Assembly: GCA_963774515.1 (NCBI GenBank)
Contig: CAVZFK010000026.1
Location: forward strand, 119,461-183,460
Direction of reading: 5' to 3'
Source of the DNA: an uncultured Acidobacteriota bacterium
GTDB lineage: Bacteria; Acidobacteriota; Terriglobia; Terriglobales; Acidobacteriaceae
Length of the DNA: 64,000 nt
Position 1 is the first letter of the stretch. Each line of letters begins with the position of its first letter. Position numbers and translations under genes: made by a program. Positions 10,245 to 20,080 of this stretch are shown piece after piece. Below the pieces are notes generated by a model. The model was not told the DNA's origin. It did not search any database and saw nothing but the letters and a program-made list of their open reading frames with translations.

Positions 10245-11939
10245 ATGATTCCATTCGCATGCCTGTTGATCTGCATGACCGAGTGCGTCCTTCCTGCCGC
10301 CGCTCAGCCCAGTCGCGAACAGTCTCGCTCCATGGTGATGACGCAGTATGGAATCGTGGCAACCAGCCAGGCCGTCGCATCGCAGGCTGGCGCGGCCATC
10401 TTGGCAAGGGGCGGAAACGCTGTGGATGCCGCGATCGCGGCCAATGCAGCGCTCGGCGTAATTGAGCCGATGATGAATGGGGTGGGCGGCGATCTGTTCG
10501 CCATTGTCTACGATTCGAAGACGAAAAAACTATATGGCCTGAACTCCAGCGGTTGGGCGCCGAAGGCAATGACCATCGATCATTTGAGGTCCAGGGGTGT
10601 CGAGAAGGAAATCCCTGATACCGGCATCCTTTCGGTGACCGTTCCTGGCGCGGTTGCAGGGTGGGACGCCCTCCGTCAGAAATTCGGCAAGCTTTCCATG
10701 GCGGAAGATCTGGCCCCGGCGATCGCGCTTGCAGAGCAAGGGATTGCTGTCCCAGAGACAGACGCCGAAAATTGGAAAGAATTCGGCCCTCAGTTTGATT
10801 CCAGCCCTGGCTTTGCCCGGGTTTTTCTTCCCGATGGCGAACCTCCCGCCGCCGGCCAACTATTCCGAAACCCAGATCTGGCCGCGACGTTGCGACGCAT
10901 CGGCCAAAATGGCCGCGATGGCTTCTACAAGGGCCAGACTGCGGCTGCAATCCTGCAGCTATCGCAGCGTCTTCACGGATTTTTGCAAGCCGACGATCTG
11001 GCGGATTTTCAGCCGGAATGGGTTGACCCTGTCAGCACCACGTATCGCGGGTGGACTGTTTGGGAGATGCCTCCGAACGGGCAGGGAATCGCCGCGCTCT
11101 CCATGCTGAACATCATGGAGCAATTTCCAATTGCGCAATGGGGACACAATAGCCAGAAGTCGCTGCACGTCGAAATTGAGGCAAAGAAATTGGCCTACGC
11201 GGATATGAAATATTACGTCGGCGATCCTCGTGCCACGCATATTCCGGTACAACAGCTCATCTCAAAAAAGCTGGCCGTTCGTCGAGCTGCGCAAATTAGT
11301 GACCGCGCAAACTGTAGCGTGCTGCCCTCTGACCTGACCGGACAACTCTCACATTTATCGAGTGACACGACATATCTGGCCGTGGTCGATCGAGATGGGA
11401 ATGAGGTCTCGCTAATCCAAAGCAATGCAGGGGCATTTGGGAGCGGCCTGGTCGCCGACGGAATGGGTTTTGTGCTGCAAAATCGCGGGTCGGCCTTCAC
11501 CCTGAAGCCAAACCAGCCGAACACGCTGCGTCCACACACACGCCCGCTGCACACCATCATCCCTGCCTTCATGCAAAGGGGGGATGAACGCATCGCCTTC
11601 GGAATCATGGGCGGCTTCAATCAGGCACAGGCGCACGCGCAATTTGTTTCGAACATTGCGGACTTCCACATGAACATTCAAGCGGCACTGGAGGCAGCTC
11701 GGTTCACCATGCCGTCATTCTCCGGTTGCAGCTTGTTAATGGAAAATGGAATCGCGCCACAGGTGATCGACGGTCTGCGGCAACAGGGCCATGTCATTAA
11801 AGTTTTGCCGCGCTATTCGCAAAACATGGGCCGCGGCAATGCGGTGCAGCATAACCAGCAAAGTAGAGTGAATTTTGGCGCGACGGATCCCCGCGCCGAC
11901 GGCGAAGCGATTCCCGAGCAGATGCCCTTCCAGCCCTGA
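10245..11939 (+). CDS. ggt: Gamma-glutamyltransferase (secreted/periplasmic)
   Basis: A signal peptide (MIPFACLLICMTECVLPAAAQ) is present, along with GGNAVDAAIAANAALGVIEPMMNGVGGD and the autoprocessing/catalytic Thr context SDTTYLAVVDRDGNEVSLIQSN. A GTG at 10227 is an alternative start. Confidence 0.9.
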   Translation: MIPFACLLICMTECVLPAAAQPSREQSRSMVMTQYGIVATSQAVASQAGAAILARGGNAVDAAIAANAALGVIEPMMNGVGGDLFAIVYDSKTKKLYGLNSSGWAPKAMTIDHLRSRGVEKEIPDTGILSVTVPGAVAGWDALRQKFGKLSMAEDLAPAIALAEQGIAVPETDAENWKEFGPQFDSSPGFARVFLPDGEPPAAGQLFRNPDLAATLRRIGQNGRDGFYKGQTAAAILQLSQRLHGFLQADDLADFQPEWVDPVSTTYRGWTVWEMPPNGQGIAALSMLNIMEQFPIAQWGHNSQKSLHVEIEAKKLAYADMKYYVGDPRATHIPVQQLISKKLAVRRAAQISDRANCSVLPSDLTGQLSHLSSDTTYLAVVDRDGNEVSLIQSNAGAFGSGLVADGMGFVLQNRGSAFTLKPNQPNTLRPHTRPLHTIIPAFMQRGDERIAFGIMGGFNQAQAHAQFVSNIADFHMNIQAALEAARFTMPSFSGCSLLMENGIAPQVIDGLRQQGHVIKVLPRYSQNMGRGNAVQHNQQSRVNFGATDPRADGEAIPEQMPFQP

Positions 11940-12056
11940 CCCTTGTGACGGGAGACACAGCCCCGCTATGCTACGATGAGACGCGGCGACTCGCTGCGCA
12001 TCGATCCAATCTGCTTCTATTTCTGGCCATCCCCAGGGTCGCGTGATAACGTTCGC

Positions 12057-12087
12057 CTATTACCCGCCGGTAATAGCCAATTTTTTT
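12057..12087 (+). terminator. Possible intrinsic terminator after ggt
   Basis: An 8-bp stem (ctattacc/ggtaatag) with a 4-nt loop (cgcc) is followed 4 nt later by a T7 run (12081-12087). The stem is AT-rich, so it is of modest strength. Confidence 0.35.
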
Positions 12088-12103
12088 CCTGGGGATTCCA
12101 TTC

Positions 12104-12985
12104 ATGGCACTCACCATTACCAATATTTCCAAGGTTTATCCCAACGGCGTGCGCGCGCTGAAGAATCTTTCGCTGACGATTGGAAACAATATGTTTGGCC
12201 TTCTTGGTCCTAACGGGGCTGGGAAAAGTTCGTTGATGCGCACCATTGCCACCCTGCAGGATCCTGATTCCGGATCGATTGATCTTGACGGCGTGAACGT
12301 TCTGACGCAGAAGGATGCGGTGCGCAAGATTCTCGGCTATCTTCCCCAGGAATTCGGCGTGTACCCGAGGATGTCCGCTGTCGACATGCTGAACCATCTT
12401 GCGATTCTGAAGGGCGTTACAGTAGCGGGCGAGCGCAAGGAGATGGTCGATGCGTTGTTGCACCAGACCAACCTCTGGGATGTGCGGAAAAAGGCTTTGT
12501 CCACTTACTCCGGTGGAATGAAACAGCGCTTCGGCATCGCGCAGGCTTTGCTCGCCAATCCGCGACTGATTATTGTCGACGAACCCACGGCCGGCCTTGA
12601 CCCGGCGGAACGCAATCGCTTCCTGAATCTTCTTTCCTCTATCGGTCGCGATGTCATCGTGATACTGTCCACCCACATCGTCGATGATGTGCGTGAACTA
12701 TGCCCGCGCATGGCCATCATTGCGTCCGGAGAGGTGCTGCTGGAAGGCTCGCCCAGCGAAGCTCTGGCGGCGCTAGACGGTCAAATCTGGTCCAAGGTTG
12801 TGGCGACAGATGAAGAGTTACGGGCCGTCGAAGCCGAACTTCAGGTGATCAGTACGCACCTGGTCGGCGGACAACACGAGATTCGCGTTTTTGCAGCGGC
12901 CTCCCCAGGCTCCGGCTTCCATGCTGTCCCTTCGGGGCTTGAGGATGTGTATTTTCTCAACCTGTCCCGTCACGCGGTCAACTAA
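12104..12985 (+). CDS. ABC transporter ATP-binding protein (ABC-2/DrrA-like)
   Basis: Walker A is GPNGAGKSS, the signature is YSGGMKQRFGIAQAL and Walker B is LIIVDEPTAGLD. Confidence 0.9.
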   Translation: MALTITNISKVYPNGVRALKNLSLTIGNNMFGLLGPNGAGKSSLMRTIATLQDPDSGSIDLDGVNVLTQKDAVRKILGYLPQEFGVYPRMSAVDMLNHLAILKGVTVAGERKEMVDALLHQTNLWDVRKKALSTYSGGMKQRFGIAQALLANPRLIIVDEPTAGLDPAERNRFLNLLSSIGRDVIVILSTHIVDDVRELCPRMAIIASGEVLLEGSPSEALAALDGQIWSKVVATDEELRAVEAELQVISTHLVGGQHEIRVFAAASPGSGFHAVPSGLEDVYFLNLSRHAVN

Positions 12986-13009
12986 GTTTCCGCCAATAAG
13001 GATCACGCC

Positions 13010-16000
13010 ATGGCAATGTTCTGGGAGTTTTTTACATTCGAACTTCGTTTCCGCCTGAAGAGCATCTCGACCTACGTCTACTTTGTGCTCTGGTTTACGT
13101 TCTCGTTCCTCTGCGTAGCTTCAGAGAGTTTCGGTCCCATTGGATTTTCCAACGGCAAAGTGCTGCTGAACGGTCCCTACGCTAACAGCTTTAACGATCT
13201 CTACTCATGCCTGTTTGGTGTGATCATTATTGCCGCGATCTTTGGTACGTCGATTCTGCGCGACTTTCAGCGCGACACTTACCAAATACTCTTCACCAAA
13301 CCGATCACGAAATTTGCGTACCTTGGTGGACGATGGGCCGGCTCATTCGTAACGACGGTGCTGGTGTTTTCTGGAATGATGTTCGGCACCTTCGCGGGCA
13401 CGTTTGCCCCCTGGGCCGACCATACGCGGATCGCTCCAAACCATCTGTGGTGGTATCTGCAGCCGTTTCTTTCGATCATCGTCATTCAGATCTTTTTTCT
13501 CGGCTCGCTATTTTTCACGATCGCAGCCCTGACGCGCAAACTGTTCATCGTGTATCTGCAGGGCGTCGCTCTGTTCATGCTCTACATCATTGGCATCACG
13601 GTATATTCGGCGACGCGCTCGCTGGAACATTTCTGGTCGGGGATTCTGGATCCGATTGGGTTAATCCTGAACGATAACGTCACTCGCTACTGGACCGTGA
13701 TTGAGAAGAACACGCTGCTGCTCCCGTGGAATTTTTCCGGTGACTCACCCGGCGTTTTCCTCTACAACCGCCTGCTGTGGATGGCCGTCGGACTATTGTC
13801 GCTGGCAATTGCATGGCGTTTCTTTCCCATCTCAGTCGAAGCGCTCACAGCTCGATCGCAGAGTCGCCGCGCTGCAAAAGCTCGGCTTCTGGATGAAGAA
13901 GAACAGCGGCCGACGCGGTCGCTCGTGGTCGCAAAAATGCCGCGGGTCCGACAAGTCTTCGGGCTTCGCACCTCCTGGATTCAGTATTTGTCGCTGACAC
14001 GGTTACGTATTCGGACGATCCGGCGCGAAGTATCTTTCTGGGCGATCGTCGGCCTGATGATTGTTTTTGCCGTCAACAATGGACACTTCGCCGGCCATCT
14101 CGGCGAGGAGAATGTCTGGCCAGTGACGTACCTGATGCTGCAGGCTGTGGAAGGCGGCGCAACGCTGTTCTTTTACATCGTTGCCGTCCTTTACTCGGCG
14201 GAACTCATCTGGCGCGAGCGGGATAATCACTTCGACGGCATCCACGATGCGCTGCCCATTTCAGAAACCACCGACTGGCTTTCGAAACTCACAGCCATCG
14301 CATTCGTGGAACTAGTTCTGCTGACTGTCACGATGCTGGTGGGCGTCATGATGCAAACCATCGCCGGCTACTACCATTACGAGTTCCTGCAATACTTCAA
14401 GGAACTGTACCTGATCACGTTTGCGCAGATCATGTGCATTGCGCTGCTGTCGATGTTTGTGCAGACCATCGTTTCAAACAAATTTATCGGCTATGGAATT
14501 GTGATCGGCCTGGTGGTACTGCAGCCGATTCTGTACAACTTCGGATGGGAAAACACACTTTACCTTGTCGGCTGGGTACCCCCATATACCTACTCCGACA
14601 TGAATGGCTACGGGCATTTTGTTCCCATAATTTTCTGGTCCATTACGTATTGGTTCGCGATTTTCGCGGTGTTGGGTGTCGTCTCGATTGCGTACGCCCG
14701 CCGCGGAACGGAAGATTCTCTGGCGGCGCGGACTCGTCTCGCTTTGGCAAGAGCTCCGCGACTGGCTCCGGCTGCAATCGTATTTCTCTTGCTCGCGGTC
14801 GGTTCTGGAGCCTGGTTCTATTACAACGCCCATGTGCTGAATGAATTTCTGACAGCGAAAGATCGGCGGGATATCCAGGCTGGATACGAGCGCGACTTTA
14901 AGAAGTACCAATTGTTTCCGCAACCCAAGGTCACCGCTGTCGACACCACCATCAACATCTATCCAGCGCGCAGGTCCTTCGACGGCACCGCACGAATCAC
15001 GCTGCAAAATAAGACGGACCAACCGATTTCCCAGATTCACATCACCGATGAGCTACAGTCTGTTTCGAACGTTACGTTCGACCGGCCATTCCACCTTGTC
15101 AGTCGGGCGCCGCGTGACCTGTACTCCATCTACGCACTCGATCAGCCGCTTGCCCCCGGAGATGTCCTTACCCTCACCTGCACTGTCTCGCACACTACCC
15201 GTGGATTCCGCGATGGGAACGAGCAGCCTGAATTTGCTTACAACGGGACATTTTTCGACGCAGGTTTCTTTCCGACGATTGGATACGACCAGGGCTATGA
15301 ACTCGCCGATCCGCGCCGTCGTCGTGAAGAACACCTTGGCAAGCTGCAGGAGATGGCGCAACGAGGAGATCCGGTTTACTCGCGCAGAAATCTTTTCGTT
15401 CCCAGTTCGGACTGGATTACGTTCCACACCATCGTCAGCACGTCGGCGGATCAAATCGCCATTGCCCCGGGATATCTGCAGCGCACCTGGAAGCAGAACA
15501 ATCGGAATTATTACGAATACAGCATGGGATCGACGCACATCGCAGATTTCTTTGCGTTCCTGTCGGCTCGCTACGCTACGCGGAAAGAGGTCTACAACGG
15601 CCCCAATGGTCCGGTAAATCTTGAGGTGTACTACTATCCCACGCACACCTACGATATCGACGACATGCTTGCCAGCAGCCGCGCCGGGCTGGATTATTAC
15701 CAGGCCCATTACAGTCCGTACCAGTTCACACAATATCGCATCATGGAATTTCCGCGCTATCGTGGGTTCGCGCAGTCGTTTCCAAACACTGTGCCTTTCT
15801 CAGAAGGCATCGGTTTCATCGGCCGCATGGTGCATAAGGACGATATTGACCTGACGTATTTCGTCACTGCACACGAGTTGGGCCATCAATGGTGGGGCCA
15901 TCAGCTGATCGGCGCGCAAGTGCAAGGTTCGAATATGTTGTCGGAGACACTGGCACAGTACTCCGCTTACATGGTGGTGCAGCATAAATATGGCAAGGAC

Positions 16001-16702
16001 TATATGCATCGAGTCCTGCGGCACTTTCTCGATCGCTATCTACGCGGGCGAGCGGGCGAAATACGTCACGAGCCACCGTTAGCATTAGTGCAGCGTGAGC
16101 CATACGTCTGGTACGAAAAGGGTGGCCAGATCATGTACACGCTTGCCGACTACATCGGCGAGGACAAGATGGACTTGGCACTGCACAATTTTCTGATGCA
16201 GTACCGGTACGCGAATGCCAACAACCAGGCGGACGCCGCGGACAGTACACGCGGTGCCGGAACTCAAGACCAGCCTTATCCGGACACGCGCATGCTGGTC
16301 GCTGCAATTCGCGCCCAGACGCCGCCGGAGCTGCAATATATGGTCGACGACGGCTTCAATCGCATCGTGATCTACGACAATAAGACACTGTCGGCGACCT
16401 CGCAGAAGACCGCGGACGGCAAGTACAAAGTCACGCTGAAGGTTCAGGCACGCAAGTTCCAGGCAGACGGCAATGGCGTTGAAACTCGCATGCCGCTGGC
16501 GGACTACATTGAAATTGGCGTATTCACCGGCAAGAAGGACGAGGAAAAGCCTCTGTACATGCAGAAGGAAAAAATGACGCAGGAACATGAGACCTACACG
16601 GTTGTCGTGGATCAGCAACCCACACGCGCAGGGATCGATCCGTATAACAAATTGATCGACCGCATTGCCGACGACAACATGATTGACGTAACTCACGAAT
16701 AA
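13010..16702 (+). CDS. Fusion protein: duplicated ABC-2-type permease (about 600 aa, roughly 12 TM segments) plus a C-terminal M1-family (aminopeptidase N-like) zinc metallopeptidase domain
   Basis: The N-terminal half is two blocks of hydrophobic helices. The C-terminal half carries the gluzincin motif HELGHQWWG-x18-E (SETLAQY) and a GAMEN-position variant (YRIMEFP). The gene starts 24 nt after the ABC ATPase gene. Confidence 0.85.
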   Translation: MAMFWEFFTFELRFRLKSISTYVYFVLWFTFSFLCVASESFGPIGFSNGKVLLNGPYANSFNDLYSCLFGVIIIAAIFGTSILRDFQRDTYQILFTKPITKFAYLGGRWAGSFVTTVLVFSGMMFGTFAGTFAPWADHTRIAPNHLWWYLQPFLSIIVIQIFFLGSLFFTIAALTRKLFIVYLQGVALFMLYIIGITVYSATRSLEHFWSGILDPIGLILNDNVTRYWTVIEKNTLLLPWNFSGDSPGVFLYNRLLWMAVGLLSLAIAWRFFPISVEALTARSQSRRAAKARLLDEEEQRPTRSLVVAKMPRVRQVFGLRTSWIQYLSLTRLRIRTIRREVSFWAIVGLMIVFAVNNGHFAGHLGEENVWPVTYLMLQAVEGGATLFFYIVAVLYSAELIWRERDNHFDGIHDALPISETTDWLSKLTAIAFVELVLLTVTMLVGVMMQTIAGYYHYEFLQYFKELYLITFAQIMCIALLSMFVQTIVSNKFIGYGIVIGLVVLQPILYNFGWENTLYLVGWVPPYTYSDMNGYGHFVPIIFWSITYWFAIFAVLGVVSIAYARRGTEDSLAARTRLALARAPRLAPAAIVFLLLAVGSGAWFYYNAHVLNEFLTAKDRRDIQAGYERDFKKYQLFPQPKVTAVDTTINIYPARRSFDGTARITLQNKTDQPISQIHITDELQSVSNVTFDRPFHLVSRAPRDLYSIYALDQPLAPGDVLTLTCTVSHTTRGFRDGNEQPEFAYNGTFFDAGFFPTIGYDQGYELADPRRRREEHLGKLQEMAQRGDPVYSRRNLFVPSSDWITFHTIVSTSADQIAIAPGYLQRTWKQNNRNYYEYSMGSTHIADFFAFLSARYATRKEVYNGPNGPVNLEVYYYPTHTYDIDDMLASSRAGLDYYQAHYSPYQFTQYRIMEFPRYRGFAQSFPNTVPFSEGIGFIGRMVHKDDIDLTYFVTAHELGHQWWGHQLIGAQVQGSNMLSETLAQYSAYMVVQHKYGKDYMHRVLRHFLDRYLRGRAGEIRHEPPLALVQREPYVWYEKGGQIMYTLADYIGEDKMDLALHNFLMQYRYANANNQADAADSTRGAGTQDQPYPDTRMLVAAIRAQTPPELQYMVDDGFNRIVIYDNKTLSATSQKTADGKYKVTLKVQARKFQADGNGVETRMPLADYIEIGVFTGKKDEEKPLYMQKEKMTQEHETYTVVVDQQPTRAGIDPYNKLIDRIADDNMIDVTHE

Positions 16703-16773
16703 TTTTCTGGGTGAGCAGATATGGCTCGTTGTCTCTATAGCAACGGCCGCGCACAATTCCAATTTCCTCGACA

Positions 16774-16800
16774 CGCATCGTGACCTCGTGGCACGATGCG
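16774..16800. promoter_or_regulatory. Perfect 9-bp inverted repeat (CGCATCGTG-N9-CACGATGCG) 26 nt upstream of the MFS efflux gene
   Basis: Read directly from the sequence. There is no downstream U-tract, so it looks more like an operator than a terminator. Confidence 0.3.
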
Positions 16801-16825
16801 GTAGAAATTTCGGGATACATATCGC

Positions 16826-18346
16826 ATGAGCGGCTCAACAAGACTGCCTTCCGCCCCCGTCCAGCTGCGGGACCGCCTGTCGAGTGGATATGAGCCCGCG
16901 CCTCCGGAGTTTATCTCGCGGCTCAGCTATTACCCGTGGCTCATTGTGGGCACCACTTGTATCGGCGCCTTCATCGGCCAACTCGATGCCAGCATTGTGC
17001 AGCTTGCACTGCCCGCATTGGAGCGCGAATTCCATGCCACTTTGACGGCTGTCAGCTGGGTCGCCATCGCCTACCTGGTGGCACTGGCGTCTCTTTTGCC
17101 CGCGTTTGCGCGCCTGTCTGAAATCTTCGGGCGGAAATTTCTTTACCTGGGAGGCTATGCGCTGTTCACAGCAGCTTCCTTGATGTGCGGACTGGTCGGG
17201 CACCTTGATTTGCTCATCCTGTTTCGTGCGATTCAAGGGATCGGCGGAGCGCTCTTGGGTGCCAACAGTTTGACCATTCTGGTGAAGGCCGCGGGCCCGG
17301 AAAAACGCGGGCGCGCGATGGGTTTATTTGCAGCGGCGCAAGCGGTGGGCGTGAGCGCCGGCCCTGTTGTCGGTGGTTTGCTGTTAGGAACGCTAGGATG
17401 GCGCTGGGTATTTTGGGTATCTGTCCCATTCGGGATTGCCGGCATCGTTGTTGGCTGGTTCGTTTTGCCGCAGACCTCCGGCCTTGCAGCGGAGAAGCGC
17501 TTTGACTGGAAAGGTGCGCTTCTACTTACTCCCGCGGTGGTCTCGCTCGTCGTGATCTTGAGCGAATTTCGCGCGTGGGGCCTGCGATCAATACCCTTGA
17601 TCGGCGCCATTCTGGCGGCCATCATTTTGTTGCCATTGTTTGCCTGGCGAGAACGCAAAGCTGCGGCTCCTCTTATCGACCTTCACCTTTTCCGCGATGC
17701 CGCTTTTACCGGCGGCATGATCGCGGTCAATGTTTCCTATGCGCTGCTGTATTCCATGTTCTTCCTCATGTCGTTTGCGTTCATTCGCGGCTTCGGTGAT
17801 TCGCCGATCTCAGCCGGCCTCCGCCTCGCCATCATTCCGATTGCACTTGGCCTGGTGGCACCCGTCAGTGGCGCTCTGTATGAACGCATTGGAGCTAGAG
17901 TGATAACCACGGTTGGCATGGCGCTCTCTCTGGGCGCAATGGTTTTGTTGTCGCAGACGCTAACCGGGGCAATCGGAGGCGGAATTCCGCGGATGGGCGC
18001 GCTAGCTCTGTTCGGCATTGGGCTTGGCTTGTTTATTGCCCCGAATAACAGCGCCACCATTGCCGCGGCTCCTGAAGAGCGTTCTGGTGAGGCCGGTGGC
18101 ATGCTGAACCTGATGCGCGTGATGGGATGCATTGTGGGTGTTGCGACCGCCTCCACAACGCTCTCCTGGCGGCTTGAGGTGCTGACTGGTGTGGGCGAAC
18201 ACACTGTCGGAGTTCCCACGCAAACCGTGCTGGCAGCAACGAACGATGTGTTGTGGCTTCTCGGTGCGTTCGCGGTTGTGTCCGCCGGCGCAGCTCTGAT
18301 GCGGTCGCACCTTCGACGCACAACTGTAACGGAGGCTGCTCGGTAA
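16826..18346 (+). CDS. MFS transporter, DHA2/EmrB-like 14-TMS drug:H+ antiporter family
   Basis: At 506 aa it is highly hydrophobic. DHA2-like N-terminal motifs are present (GAFIGQLDASIVQLALP, FGRKFLYLGGYALF). Confidence 0.85.
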   Translation: MSGSTRLPSAPVQLRDRLSSGYEPAPPEFISRLSYYPWLIVGTTCIGAFIGQLDASIVQLALPALEREFHATLTAVSWVAIAYLVALASLLPAFARLSEIFGRKFLYLGGYALFTAASLMCGLVGHLDLLILFRAIQGIGGALLGANSLTILVKAAGPEKRGRAMGLFAAAQAVGVSAGPVVGGLLLGTLGWRWVFWVSVPFGIAGIVVGWFVLPQTSGLAAEKRFDWKGALLLTPAVVSLVVILSEFRAWGLRSIPLIGAILAAIILLPLFAWRERKAAAPLIDLHLFRDAAFTGGMIAVNVSYALLYSMFFLMSFAFIRGFGDSPISAGLRLAIIPIALGLVAPVSGALYERIGARVITTVGMALSLGAMVLLSQTLTGAIGGGIPRMGALALFGIGLGLFIAPNNSATIAAAPEERSGEAGGMLNLMRVMGCIVGVATASTTLSWRLEVLTGVGEHTVGVPTQTVLAATNDVLWLLGAFAVVSAGAALMRSHLRRTTVTEAAR

Positions 18347-18408
18347 TAGATTCCTTCGCGTGCGACATTTGCCCCTGGAGCCGGCGTCTATTTGCTTGCG
18401 GGCCAGAT

Positions 18409-19023
18409 TTACTTCGGTAGATATTGCGGCGGGATTGGATGTTCAGGAGATTCAGCGTCCCAAAAGATATTTACGATCCAATAACGCTTACCATCGTTCA
18501 ACAGTTGAAAGCTGTTGATGCCCCGGGCGAAAGGTTTGGGATCATCCGCGTTGTGGCGGGATTCGTAGGTGCTCCAAATCTGAACAATATTGCCAAACTG
18601 TTCCACCTCATTATGGATCGAGTGCTCAAAGAATCCGTTCGCGGTCATTTTCGTGCTGCTGCGCGCAATGTAATCGTCGATCGTAAGCAGGATTGCATCT
18701 GTGTGAGCGGGCTTATCCGCGGTTGCAGCAGCAGTAATTGTGGGGATAAGGCGAGCACCTGGGATAAAGAGGGACCTCATGCGATTCCAGTCGCGGGTCT
18801 CGCCTTTTCCGCCGGAAATTACGTCATACACGGCATTCAGTATGGCTTCGGGAGATTTTACGTCCTCGGGTTTCGCAACCGGCCAGCCGGAATGTCCGGC
18901 GATAGCCCCGACTAGTGGAGGCAACGGTGACGGAGGCGTTGCGGCGGGGCTGGTAGTTTGCGCGGTCGCCGCTAGAGTGAGAAATGCGAAGACGAGCGAC
19001 GCCGGTACATATCTTGCTTGCAT
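18409..19023 (-). CDS. Secreted hypothetical protein, NTF2/SnoaL-like fold suspected
   Basis: A signal peptide (MQARYVPASLVFAFLTLAATAQT) is present and an SD-like GAGGGAGA lies before ATG 19023. The fold assignment is a guess based on size and pattern. Confidence 0.5.
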   Translation of the reverse strand: MQARYVPASLVFAFLTLAATAQTTSPAATPPSPLPPLVGAIAGHSGWPVAKPEDVKSPEAILNAVYDVISGGKGETRDWNRMRSLFIPGARLIPTITAAATADKPAHTDAILLTIDDYIARSSTKMTANGFFEHSIHNEVEQFGNIVQIWSTYESRHNADDPKPFARGINSFQLLNDGKRYWIVNIFWDAESPEHPIPPQYLPK

Positions 19024-19240
19024 GATGAGTTCTCCCTCAGCTGACAAAAATTACTGTACTGCCCGCCGATGGCGCGTGGTAGATAAAAGTGTGGGGACCG
19101 ATGTATTGCGCGACAGCTCTTCGGCGACAATTGGGCGGGGTGCGATCCGATCCTGGAACGCTATACTGTGTTTCTTGAAGCCGAGTCGACGAAATCGTCC
19201 AAGCTCACGATGCGGTTGCATATAAATACAAATTTCCGGG

Positions 19241-20080
19241 ATGATGTTTCGTTGCCGGCGAGGGTCCATGGATATGTATTGGGTTTACAACCTTCCGAAC
19301 TGGCTGTTTGAGCTGCTCACCCTGTCTCTGTTTGTCGCCTTCGGTCTGGGAGGATTGCTCGTCAGCCGAAGGATGATTCGTCGTGTTCACCTGCAACACT
19401 CCTACAACGACATTGTCGGTTTTTACCTTGCCGGCATCACCGTTCTGTACGGGGTCACGCTGGGGCTGCTGGCAATCGGTGCGTGGACGACCTATACCGA
19501 CACAGAATCCAAAGTGGCGCGAGAGGCAGCGGCGGTCGCCAGTTTATACCGCACCGTTGGGAGCCTGGAAGAGCCGATGCGAGGTGTGCTGCAACAGGAT
19601 ATTCGCGACTACACAATCAGCGTCATTCAAATTGGCTGGCCGGAGCAGCAACAAGGAATTGTGCCGGTTGAAAACCGTGTCTCGCTGGATAAATTTCGGC
19701 AAGATTTTCGCAAATGGGAACCGGCCAGCGAGGCGGACAAAGTGCTTGAGCAGGATGTCTCCCGAGAATTCGACGCTCTTGAAACGTCTCGCAGTATCCG
19801 TTTGGATAGTGTGACGGACGAATTGCCATCACCGCTATGGGCATTGATCATGATAGGCGCCATGATCTGCATCATCTCCACCTGGTTCTTCCATATGCAG
19901 AGTTTGAAGATGCACATTTGGATGACGGTGCTTTTCTCCGCGCTCATCGGGCTGATGGTGTTTATGGTGGCGGCACTCGATAATCCCTATCGCGGCAAAA
20001 TCAGCGTCAGCCCTGAACCACTGGAGCGCGTGTATCGCCAGATGGTCAACCCTCGCCACTATCCTGGCCCATCGCAATGA
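19241..20080 (+). CDS. Membrane protein, DUF4239-like topology (1 N-terminal plus 2 C-terminal TM helices)
   Basis: Based on the hydrophobicity pattern. The start is uncertain (19241 or ATG 19268, MDMYW). Its stop overlaps the next gene's start (ATGA at 20077-20080). Confidence 0.5.
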   Translation: MMFRCRRGSMDMYWVYNLPNWLFELLTLSLFVAFGLGGLLVSRRMIRRVHLQHSYNDIVGFYLAGITVLYGVTLGLLAIGAWTTYTDTESKVAREAAAVASLYRTVGSLEEPMRGVLQQDIRDYTISVIQIGWPEQQQGIVPVENRVSLDKFRQDFRKWEPASEADKVLEQDVSREFDALETSRSIRLDSVTDELPSPLWALIMIGAMICIISTWFFHMQSLKMHIWMTVLFSALIGLMVFMVAALDNPYRGKISVSPEPLERVYRQMVNPRHYPGPSQ

